A DNA stretch of 64,000 nt from an uncultured Candidatus Saccharibacteria bacterium. GTDB lineage: Bacteria > Patescibacteriota > Minisyncoccia > Phycocordibacterales > UBA2100. Of the stretch, positions 27,305 through 35,097 are shown in pieces; within the stretch, counting starts at the first letter, position 1, and each line of letters opens with the position of its first letter. The notes beneath the pieces were generated by a model, which ran no database searches, was not told the DNA's origin, and was given only the letters and a program-made list of their open reading frames with translations. The stretch lies in assembly GCA_964586255.1 (NCBI GenBank), contig CAZPGE010000002.1:42065-106064 (forward strand). Reading direction: 5' to 3'. Both the position numbers and the translations under genes were made by a program.

Positions 27305-28018
27305 CTATCCTTTACACACGGTAATCGCAAGCACCGTCTGTTCCTGCTCCTCGTCGAGGTCGAGGAGCTCGGAGATACGTTCGTCGTTGAATCCTGCGTA
27401 CGGTCTGACGTTAAGATCGAGTGCGCATCCAACAAGCAAGATATTCTCACTCATGTGTCCCGCCTCGAGGAGTCCGTGCGTGTATGAGATGTCTCCATAT
27501 TTTGCGGAGGAGCGAGCCCATACGCTCGTGAAGACGATAAGAGTCGAGAGCGGGAGCGGCTCAGGGTACTTTGCCAGACTCTTCATATCGAAATCTTGGG
27601 GCAGATTCCAGAGCTGTTCCAGTGAATGTTCAGTCGGATTGTAGTGAAATACTGCTGGGGCCTGTGACTCGAGCGCCGTTGAGATGACGTATGTCTCTAT
27701 TGGATAGAGCCCGCCTCCGGAGGGGTAGTTTCGATAGTGTGCTCCGGGTCGCTTCTGAAGGGCGAGACCGAGGAGGGTGCCACACTCCTGAAGTGTAAGG
27801 TCGATACTTGGATTACCACTCAAAGCCGAATGACGCTTCTTGATTGCATCGGGCAGGGTGATACTGAGACCTTCTGGCTGCGGGAGAGGCACCTTCTGCA
27901 TCCGCGAATACACCTTGTGTACTCCTCGAGGCACGTCCTCCGGGCGGTGCGTGGCGCCCCTCTTTGTAAGCAGAGCACGGCGCAGTTCGGTATGTAAATG
28001 CGATATAAATGATGTCAT
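27305..28018 (-). CDS. SagB-type dehydrogenase (nitroreductase superfamily; TOMM azoline oxidase-like)
   Basis: YPSGGGLYPIETYV matches the PSAGGLYP signature of McbC/SagB dehydrogenases. Start overlaps the YcaO stop (ATGA). Confidence 0.75.
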   Translation of the reverse strand: MTSFISHLHTELRRALLTKRGATHRPEDVPRGVHKVYSRMQKVPLPQPEGLSITLPDAIKKRHSALSGNPSIDLTLQECGTLLGLALQKRPGAHYRNYPSGGGLYPIETYVISTALESQAPAVFHYNPTEHSLEQLWNLPQDFDMKSLAKYPEPLPLSTLIVFTSVWARSSAKYGDISYTHGLLEAGHMSENILLVGCALDLNVRPYAGFNDERISELLDLDEEQEQTVLAITVCKG

Positions 28019-29508
28019 GAAAATGGATGGGGCCTATCAGCAAACGGCTTGCTCAAGGGAGTATATCCGAGTGCTTTAGGGATGTCGTGCCATCTCGTGC
28101 CGCCAAATTGTTGGACCCACTCGTTGAGGTACGTCGGCTGCAGCTTCGGCATGATGACCATCTCAATGTGCAGAGATGAGGGATTTTTTGCCGATGAGGT
28201 GAGAGGGACCGAGATGCATTCAAGATGTGAGTCTTTGCACCACTGCACCACTCTCTCATAGTGTTCCTCCACAGTATCGATGTCCCACGCTTTGTCACCA
28301 ATCTCGATTTCAGGACCGCGAATCATAAACTCAAGATGCTTCGCGTTTTCAGGTACGCCCCAATAGTACAGGCGCTCGCGGTGGCCGATTTTTTCCGAGG
28401 GGGTGCGCATATCCCAGACGTTTCCCGCGCCAGTCCACAGGCTGTGCGCGCGATATGCCCGGAGCGCCTCAGTCATGGCTTTCTCGATGGCGTAGGGAAG
28501 TGACTGATGTGCCTTGAGGCCGACCACAAAGCGTGGCGCATTGCCACCAATGTCTTCGATGACCACCGCCACGGCGTGTGTCGGCGCGTCAGTGGGAAGC
28601 TGCAGTACGTGCGTTTTGAATTGGTACCTTTCGCACTGTGCGATAGCCCTGGCAAGCGATGGGTATTTCGCGCAGAGAGGGTCGAGTGCAAGGCGGGGAA
28701 GCGTCAATTGGTTAAACCACATCATCATATAGGCATCTCGCTCGATGACTTCAAGCGCTCCTGCAAGTCGTGCGCCGTTCTGTGTTGGCCATGTGGCGAG
28801 TCCGTTCGTGTTTTGTTGTCGTATGATCGGCTCTTCCGTACCACCTGTCATAGCGCGAGGTCGAACACCGCTCACCGTTTGCGCCGGTACGTATATGCGC
28901 TCTCCACTCACGAGAGAAGTGCCCTGAATCCAGAGGTACTCAGCATCTGGGCGGAGTTGCCGCTGAGGATGGCGTGTCCGTTGCTCATCGGAAAATCCGA
29001 CGAAATCCTCCGGGGCCACACGCGGGCCGATTGCACTGATCGCTTCCGAGGTAGCTCTTTTGGGGCTCATGAAATAGTCGTCCTGCGTCATCCAGATGTA
29101 TCGCTCAAGGGCCTCTGCGAGCGCGGCGTAGAGGGCACTCTCGTCATCTTCCCACGAAGTTCCTCCTACGTTGTGACTTGTGGGGTCGTTGCAGATAGCG
29201 TACCAACCTTTGGTTCGCGGTAAATCCGGCCAGAGATTTTTCACTGGTCCGAATGATTGTATGACCCCGTGCTTTTTCAGTAGTGCAGCCAGTGTGAGCG
29301 GTTCGAGTATATCAAGACGAGAAAAGGGTATGCTCCGCAAGTCCTTCACGACTTTGACACCAAGGCTTTTTTCGAGATACTCCGAGAGAGCCCCGAGCGC
29401 TCTCGCTTTAATATCGGAGCTGGAGAGTGTCTCACGGAACGGCACGGCGTCAAAAATCATGCGCCAATCATAGCAGTACCCATACCTCCCAGAAAGCATT
29501 CGCTCCAT
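28015..29508 (-). CDS. YcaO domain protein, paralog 1 (start set at MERMLSG with GGAG RBS; the longer ORF to 29952 carries a Pro/Gln low-complexity antisense artefact)
   Basis: GGTSWEDDESALYAALAEALERYIW and GALEVIERDAYMMMW motifs typical of the YcaO ATP-binding region. 60% identity to the 33278 paralog. Confidence 0.75.
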   Translation of the reverse strand: MERMLSGRYGYCYDWRMIFDAVPFRETLSSSDIKARALGALSEYLEKSLGVKVVKDLRSIPFSRLDILEPLTLAALLKKHGVIQSFGPVKNLWPDLPRTKGWYAICNDPTSHNVGGTSWEDDESALYAALAEALERYIWMTQDDYFMSPKRATSEAISAIGPRVAPEDFVGFSDEQRTRHPQRQLRPDAEYLWIQGTSLVSGERIYVPAQTVSGVRPRAMTGGTEEPIIRQQNTNGLATWPTQNGARLAGALEVIERDAYMMMWFNQLTLPRLALDPLCAKYPSLARAIAQCERYQFKTHVLQLPTDAPTHAVAVVIEDIGGNAPRFVVGLKAHQSLPYAIEKAMTEALRAYRAHSLWTGAGNVWDMRTPSEKIGHRERLYYWGVPENAKHLEFMIRGPEIEIGDKAWDIDTVEEHYERVVQWCKDSHLECISVPLTSSAKNPSSLHIEMVIMPKLQPTYLNEWVQQFGGTRWHDIPKALGYTPLSKPFADRPHPFS

Positions 29509-29524
29509 ACTCCACTCCAGAGCA

Positions 29525-29920
29525 TTGAACATCGTCGGCATTGTTGCGATAATGACTGGTATGGCGATGTTTGAAAAGATGAGTCGTGGCGTGCAAGGCA
29601 TTGTTGGGAAAATCGGGAGTGTAGCGCTCATCATGTTCGGATTTTTGCTGGTGTTTTCTTCCACGCATTCGAAAGCGGGGACTGCCCAGTCGCAGGATGG
29701 AATATTTGGCGCCGACGTCGCCCACGCAGATGCTCCGTATGACCCCAACAGCTGCACTACGGGCGACTGCGTCGCGTGTGCAGCCTGCACGAGTGACGGA
29801 GGGGCGGGTTGCGGCACCGGCGGTTGCACGGGCGGCGCCGATGGAAGTGGTGCTGGAGGAAGCTGTGCCGGCGATTGCGACAGCGGCGACGGCGGCTGCG
29901 GCTGCGGTGCCAGCGGCTGA
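29525..29920 (+). CDS. Candidate RiPP precursor-like peptide 1: hydrophobic N-terminal segment + Cys/Gly/Ser/Thr-rich C-terminus (alternative start 29579)
   Basis: ...DVAHADAPYDPNSCTTGDCVACAACTSDGGAGCGTGGCTGGADGSGAGGSCAGDCDSGDGGCGCGASG*. Divergent from YcaO-1. Confidence 0.5.
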   Translation: MNIVGIVAIMTGMAMFEKMSRGVQGIVGKIGSVALIMFGFLLVFSSTHSKAGTAQSQDGIFGADVAHADAPYDPNSCTTGDCVACAACTSDGGAGCGTGGCTGGADGSGAGGSCAGDCDSGDGGCGCGASG

Positions 29921-29943
29921 TTGCTGCGCATGGCAATGAATAC

Positions 29944-31044
29944 ATGTCTCATTCACTAAAACTCGTTGGTTGGCTCATTGCTTTGCTTGTCATTCCCGCG
30001 GGGTTGTATGCTCTGTATACATATATTTTCTATGACCCGAATCCTAGTCAGTTGACGCGGGATTTGGAGCAGCTCGTCGATGCAAAAGTACGTGGCGATG
30101 ATGCTGCAGCTCTCGCGCAGTACCAGCAGATTCTGAGCGACCCCACATCGACGGCAGAAGAGCGGGCCATAGCCGATGTCTATATAGCCGGTACCGAATT
30201 CAGTCTTTCCGGAGACATGAGCTCGCGACTCAGCGATGTGCGGAAAATGAAGAGGATTGTCGCTGACAGCACACTCTCCGCGACAGTGCGTGCCGCAGCG
30301 ATGAGCGTTCTGGGTAATGCATATGCGGTCTCGGGGGGAGATCCCGCGGTGTTCGCCGAGATCTACAAGGGCGCACCATTTGACTCCTACCTTGTCCCGG
30401 ATAGACCTCAGCTCTCTGCCATCAATCTACTGAAAGAGTCATACGCCATGCAGCCATCGTCGTTTGCGGCGAGCAAAGTGGCCGAGCTTGCTTCAGGTCG
30501 GTATTTTGCGAATCCGCAGCAGGACGCAACTACGACAGCGGCCTACGTCGCACTGGCGGAAGAGTACTTGAACAAGGCGGACATCGCGGCTCTTAGTGAG
30601 GCGCAGCAAAGACCTGCCACATACGCCAGTAGCGATCGATATATTTTGTATAGACTATCGAGAGCGATAACCGTCGGTCGTCTGGCAATACAAAAAGGAG
30701 AGCCATACAAAAATTCCTACCGTAAGGAATTCAATAACTTCATTGCACTTGCGCAATCAATACAGAGCACTCTCGCACACAATGTGGTGTTCAATGCGCG
30801 CTTCCAATACGCGAGGATTCTCGAGGCAGATGGGGATACGACAGCCGAGAAAACACAGCTCGACATACTTGCGCGAGAGTTGGATAGACTCTCCAATCCA
30901 AACACCATTCCGTTCGTGCTCTCCTTGAGAAATGCACGCGCACAGCCGACCGAAGCGATGTGGCTCTCAGTGCAAAGAATGTCGTCGACTTCGCCGGAGT
31001 TTAAGACCGCAATCGACAAGCTCACGGCCGCTTCATCGAGCTAA
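29944..31044 (+). CDS. TM-anchored alpha-helical protein, paralog A (366 aa)
   Basis: N-terminal TM LVGWLIALLVIPAGLYALYTYIF. Homologous to 35098..36231 (KGAPFDSYLV vs KDPPYSTFFV). Confidence 0.55.
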   Translation: MSHSLKLVGWLIALLVIPAGLYALYTYIFYDPNPSQLTRDLEQLVDAKVRGDDAAALAQYQQILSDPTSTAEERAIADVYIAGTEFSLSGDMSSRLSDVRKMKRIVADSTLSATVRAAAMSVLGNAYAVSGGDPAVFAEIYKGAPFDSYLVPDRPQLSAINLLKESYAMQPSSFAASKVAELASGRYFANPQQDATTTAAYVALAEEYLNKADIAALSEAQQRPATYASSDRYILYRLSRAITVGRLAIQKGEPYKNSYRKEFNNFIALAQSIQSTLAHNVVFNARFQYARILEADGDTTAEKTQLDILARELDRLSNPNTIPFVLSLRNARAQPTEAMWLSVQRMSSTSPEFKTAIDKLTAASSS

Positions 31045-31083
31045 AAGGAGAAAGATTCGTCGGCGTACGATACAAAAAAGAAT

Positions 31084-31104
31084 GGGCGGCACAACGTGCC
31101 GCCC
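31084..31104. terminator. GGGCGGCAC-aac-GTGCCGCCC hairpin between convergent genes
   Basis: Direct inspection. Confidence 0.5.
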
Positions 31105-31131
31105 TGTATTCGTGAGCGGCGCAGGCCGCTG

Positions 31132-31728
31132 TTATTTCGGAACCTTGTCGTTCGGGACAATGTCTCCGATCCTGGTCGCGAAGTCGACCCGCATCTGCGC
31201 GATCTGCAGCCGGGTAAACATATCCTTCTTGAACATCGGCCACCACTTCTCGGCCGAATGCAGAACCAGCATCGGCCCCAGATCACCTTGGATGACGCGA
31301 GCGCTCCTCGGATCGCCGGGAGCCTGGAGCCGACCCCACGATGCGCCGAGGGCGCATCTTCCGCCGGCGAACGGCAGATAGGAGTTTTCGCCATCCTTGT
31401 CGGTCTCGGCGAGAAACTTCTTCAGGTTTGCCGCTGACTTGAAACACCAGGTGACGCCCTTCAGCCTCGTCTGGTATTTGTCGCAGTCGGCGACGTCGGG
31501 CTGCCCGCCCTTCTCGGCGTTCAGCCAGGCCGATACGACGTCGTAATCGACCCGCGCACCCTTCTCGTGTTTTTTCCACGAGAATGCCACGCCGTCGTTG
31601 ACGACGATTTCGGTCAGAGGCTTCTTGTCCTCCTTCGCGACTGCGGGCTTCGCCACCTCCTGCGCGAGGCCAGCGCGGGAAAAACATGCCGCGAGGATGC
31701 CCGCGGCAACCAACAAAAGCTTTCTCAT
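31132..31728 (-). CDS. Putative lipoprotein (lipobox LAAC)
   Basis: MRKLLLVAAGILAACFS. No domain recognised. Confidence 0.5.
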   Translation of the reverse strand: MRKLLLVAAGILAACFSRAGLAQEVAKPAVAKEDKKPLTEIVVNDGVAFSWKKHEKGARVDYDVVSAWLNAEKGGQPDVADCDKYQTRLKGVTWCFKSAANLKKFLAETDKDGENSYLPFAGGRCALGASWGRLQAPGDPRSARVIQGDLGPMLVLHSAEKWWPMFKKDMFTRLQIAQMRVDFATRIGDIVPNDKVPK

Positions 31729-31843
31729 TGAGTCAATTCCTCTGGGTTCGAGGGGGCACTGGTACCCACCTGTGCGTATTGGAGACTATTTTCCCGACTT
31801 ATGCAAACGAATGTCACATTGGCCCGATATACAAAAAGGAAGA

Positions 31844-31889
31844 GGCGGTCACTGGAGACTCGAGAGTCAGTGCCGCCTTTTCTTTTTTT
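31844..31889 (+). terminator. Strong rho-independent terminator GGCGGTCACTGGAGACTCGAGAGTCAGTGCCGCC+TTTTCTTTTTTT with no confident upstream CDS
   Basis: Long hairpin plus 12-nt T-run. Possible 3' end of a small RNA. Confidence 0.5.
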
Positions 31890-32429
31890 GCGCCTGAGCG
31901 CAAAGGAGCATGGTCATTGCAGCGACCCGCTACCTGTAAAAAACATACTATGCTTCGCATGAAGGAGCAAGGAAGTCGGCGGGCGGTCACCCGCCCGCCG
32001 CCCCGGATGCTGCTTACGAGCTACTACACCCTAGTCGTACACGTGCCTACCGTGTGGTCACAAACACTGACCGGTGGTGGGGCACCTGTTGCACTTTGGT
32101 GCTTCCGACTTGCTGGCCGAAGCCACTTTCGTCGGATGGCTTGCACGAGTGCCTGCGAGGGCGCTCGTTGATGCAAACACGACTGCAATCGTGCCTGCAA
32201 GCAGCATCATCACTGCGTTTCGCATATGAGTCTCCGATATGCGATGAAGACGGAGGTTTACACGGGAATGTCCGCCAGTCTCCTAGGAGCTCGTCTACGC
32301 AATACTTGAAGAACGATCCCGCGCAGACCTTAGCGCGGTGGAGTGAGTGAGTCAATTTTTGATACTGCTGGTACGATCGCGTGGAGGAATTCCTTGATGT
32401 ATCCCAATAAATATGTACTAGTTCCGGTA

Positions 32430-32481
32430 GTCGGGATGAAATCCAGATGCCTCTGGGTACCCGTCGGCATGGGAGAGAAAC
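32430..32481 (+). promoter_or_regulatory. Conserved 5' leader (GTCGGGATGAAAyC-hairpin-GGTACCCGyC) upstream of small secreted Cys-rich peptide gene, copy 1
   Basis: Aligns with 32888..32928. The internal hairpins covary (CCAGAtgccTCTGG vs CCGGGagCCCGG). Confidence 0.4.
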
Positions 32482-32730
32482 ATGCACAAGAATATCGTGA
32501 TTGCGGCACTCGTAGTGTTCGGAGTCGCCGCCTCGTCGCCCTCGCAGGCGGGGAAGGCATCGGCTCGCACCTGCAGTGGGCAGCACAGCATCTGCCTCAA
32601 CTTCTGCAGCACATCGGGGCGGGGCGGGGACTGTACCAGTGATTGCGCCGGTCGTCAGGCCACGTGCCTGCAGACTGGAACCTACATGTGGATCAACAGT
32701 CCCACGATTAGGGGACTGGTTCGCAAGTAA
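32482..32730 (+). CDS. Small secreted Cys-rich peptide (82 aa, 6 Cys)
   Basis: Signal peptide MHKNIVIAALVVFGVAASSPSQA. Mature part GKASARTCSGQHSICLNFCSTSGRGGDCTSDCAGRQATCLQTG... Confidence 0.45.
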   Translation: MHKNIVIAALVVFGVAASSPSQAGKASARTCSGQHSICLNFCSTSGRGGDCTSDCAGRQATCLQTGTYMWINSPTIRGLVRK

Positions 32731-32887
32731 GGCGACTTGTGCGCCAAAGGGTACGAGACGTGCCAGGCAAACGCCCGCGATGCAGTAGCGTCCGGGCGTT
32801 TTTTTGCGCTACCCCTTTTTGGTTTCAGCGAGACGGTTGCTGAGAGCACCTTGACTCATGGCAATAAAAGTGTAGTAATACAGTCAG

Positions 32888-32928
32888 TCGGGATGAAACC
32901 GGGAGCCCGGGTACCCGCCTTGGAGGCA
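32888..32928 (+). promoter_or_regulatory. Conserved 5' leader, copy 2
   Basis: gtcgggatgaaaccgggagcccgggtacccgccttggaggcaatg. Confidence 0.4.
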
Positions 32929-33174
32929 ATGATGAAAAAGATCCTTCTCGGTACCGTCGTGGGTACCGCCCTGCTTGCGATGTTCGCGCTTACGCCGGCG
33001 TCGGCGCAGGGAACGAACTATGCCGGTCAGTGCTCGAGTTACTCGGCACCGGCGGACTGTCTGAAATGCTGCGGAACATTTCACAAGAGCTCGTACCTGA
33101 GCGCGGAATGCACGAACTCGTGCAAGATCAGCAACTTCCGCGATTCGAGGAACATGTCGCCGAAGCGCAAGTAG
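32929..33174 (+). CDS. Small secreted Cys-rich peptide (81 aa, 6 Cys)
   Basis: GGAGG RBS. Signal peptide MMKKILLGTVVGTALLAMFALTPASA. Mature part ...GQCSSYSAPADCLKCCGTFHKSSYLSAECTNSCKIS... Confidence 0.45.
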   Translation: MMKKILLGTVVGTALLAMFALTPASAQGTNYAGQCSSYSAPADCLKCCGTFHKSSYLSAECTNSCKISNFRDSRNMSPKRK

Positions 33175-33277
33175 TCGCGCGTATCAAGGCGCGCGTCGGA
33201 TGCGTCGGAGAGAAGTCTCCGACGCATTTTTTATTTTCGACGCTTTTTCGCGTAGATGCTTGAGAGGAGGAGAGGTA

Positions 33278-34783
33278 TTAGGCGAATGGGTGTGGCTCGT
33301 CCGTAAACGGCTTCTCACGAGGGGTGATGTCGAAGTGCTGCGGTACGCTTTTCCAGCGCTCTCCGCCCAGTTGCTGGAATTTCTCACTGAGATGCATCGG
33401 TTGAAGCTCCGGTATGACCACCATCTCTATCGACCATGGGGTGGGATTCTTTTTGGAGGTGCCAAGAGAGACCGACACACATTCGTATCCCGAATCTCGA
33501 CACCAGCTCACGATGCGTTGGAGGTGCTCATCCGGCGTGTCGTTTTCCCATTCGGCAAGCGGCACCTCGATTTCTTTTCCCTGCAGAAGCACTTCAAGCT
33601 TTTTTGCATTCTCCGGTGCGCCCCAATACAGAATACGGTCGTAGTGTCCGACCTCGCTTTTCGAGACAGAGGGGTCCCATCGTTTTCCTGCGAGGTCCTG
33701 TCGTCGACACGAAAAGCGCGCGCGGAGTGCTTCTGTCGTTGCTCTCTCTACAGCATGTGTCAATGATCGATGCGCTTTCATACCGAAAGAAAATCGTGGC
33801 ACGTGTCCACTTTCGTCTTCGAGGATGACACACACGGCGTGTGCGGGTGCATCGGTCAGGAGCTGCAGAGCATGCACCTTGAGGCGATAGCGCGCACATG
33901 TACCCACGAATTCCGAGAGCGTCGTGCTGCGTGCGCAAAGACCCTCAAGTGATATCCGGGGCAAGGCGAGTTGATTGAGCCACATAATCATGTACGCATC
34001 GCGCTCGACTACCTCGAGAGCACCGGCAAGTCGTGCGCCGCTTTGCGTGGGCCATGTGGCGAGCCCGGTGGTATTGCGATGCCGAATAAGTGGTTCTTCA
34101 GAATTCCCCAGATCTTGAACGGCGGTTATCGTCTGAGCGGGCACATACGTCGGGTTTCCCGAGACAAGCGAGATTCCTCGCGTCCAGAGAAACGTACTCG
34201 AGGAGTCGAGTCTCCATCCCGGATTCTTTTCGCGTTGCTCCGGGGAGAATGCGACGAAGCGCTCGGGCGCAATCGATGCGCCGTATTTTTGTATAACGTT
34301 ATGCGTCGCCTGCACTGGCGCTACAAAATAGTCTCGCTCCTCAAGCCAAATATACCGCTCAAGCGCTTCTGCAAGAGCGGCTGTAAGGGCGTTCGCATCG
34401 CTCTTCCACGCACTTCCACCGACAGGATTGTTTCTCTTGTCGCCACACACCGCATTCCACTGCGCAATTCGGGGCTCATCAGCAAGATGCGGAGCTCGTA
34501 CAATGGACGCTATCACCCCGCTCTGTTTTAGTTTCTTTGCCAACTCAAATGAATCCAAAAGCTCCGGACGATTAAATGGAATCTGATTCGCATCGAATGC
34601 GATGGTGACGCGCAATTTTCTTTCCAATATATTGAGAATCGAATAGATCGCTCTTTCTTGGAATCCTCCGCGGATTGGGGAGTAGAAATGAGCGAAGGGA
34701 ATGCCTTCAAATATCATGTGGGGATGATAGCAGTCATGCTCAAGGCGAGGAAGCTTCAAGATGCGCGGACTATTATTATCCAC
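33278..34783 (-). CDS. YcaO domain protein, paralog 2 (501 aa)
   Basis: GGSAWKSDANALTAALAEALERYIW and GALEVVERDAYMIMW motifs. Shares the distinctive C-terminal region with YcaO-1 (...YWGAPENAKKLE...PHPFA). Confidence 0.75.
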   Translation of the reverse strand: MDNNSPRILKLPRLEHDCYHPHMIFEGIPFAHFYSPIRGGFQERAIYSILNILERKLRVTIAFDANQIPFNRPELLDSFELAKKLKQSGVIASIVRAPHLADEPRIAQWNAVCGDKRNNPVGGSAWKSDANALTAALAEALERYIWLEERDYFVAPVQATHNVIQKYGASIAPERFVAFSPEQREKNPGWRLDSSSTFLWTRGISLVSGNPTYVPAQTITAVQDLGNSEEPLIRHRNTTGLATWPTQSGARLAGALEVVERDAYMIMWLNQLALPRISLEGLCARSTTLSEFVGTCARYRLKVHALQLLTDAPAHAVCVILEDESGHVPRFSFGMKAHRSLTHAVERATTEALRARFSCRRQDLAGKRWDPSVSKSEVGHYDRILYWGAPENAKKLEVLLQGKEIEVPLAEWENDTPDEHLQRIVSWCRDSGYECVSVSLGTSKKNPTPWSIEMVVIPELQPMHLSEKFQQLGGERWKSVPQHFDITPREKPFTDEPHPFA

Positions 34784-34830
34784 ACATTTCGTTTTTATAT
34801 GACACCCGCAGGGTGAATAATGGGGGAATC

Positions 34831-35091
34831 ATGGTCGCCGTACATATTGCGTATTCGCGAACGCGCGCCATATTTCGCGGAATATCGACCGTATTCCTCA
34901 TGGTATCGGGCTTTTTCTTGATTTTCTTTAGCGCACCTCGCGTCCCGGGCATGTCGGATATTTCTGATGTCGGAGTAGCACATGCCGATGCTCCTGTGGA
35001 TCCTAACGCCTGTACCGACGGCACCGTCCCTGTCGATTATTTTGTCTATGTCGACCCTGGCTGTGGCTGTGGCTGTGGCTGTGGCATCTAA
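34831..35091 (+). CDS. Candidate RiPP precursor-like peptide 2 (86 aa from MVAVHIAY; a possible internal start MSDISDVG would give a 46-aa peptide)
   Basis: GGGGG RBS. ...FLMVSGFFLIFFSAPRVPGMSDISDVGVAHADAPVDPNACTDGTVPVDYFVYVDPGCGCGCGCGI*. Divergent from YcaO-2, 48 bp between starts. Confidence 0.5.
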   Translation: MVAVHIAYSRTRAIFRGISTVFLMVSGFFLIFFSAPRVPGMSDISDVGVAHADAPVDPNACTDGTVPVDYFVYVDPGCGCGCGCGI

Positions 35092-35097
35092 CATAGT

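Noticed and set aside
28015-29952. 645-aa version of YcaO-1 with a Pro/Gln/Ala-rich 150-aa N-terminus
   Set aside because: The extension is the antisense image of the GC-rich Cys/Gly peptide gene. Paralog YcaO-2 starts at the equivalent of Met149, and a GGAG RBS precedes Met149. The shorter start was used.
31686-32171. 161-aa plus-strand ORF and other ORFs across 31600..32400
   Set aside because: No RBS, Arg/Pro-rich odd composition. They span an orphan terminator and an intergenic region.
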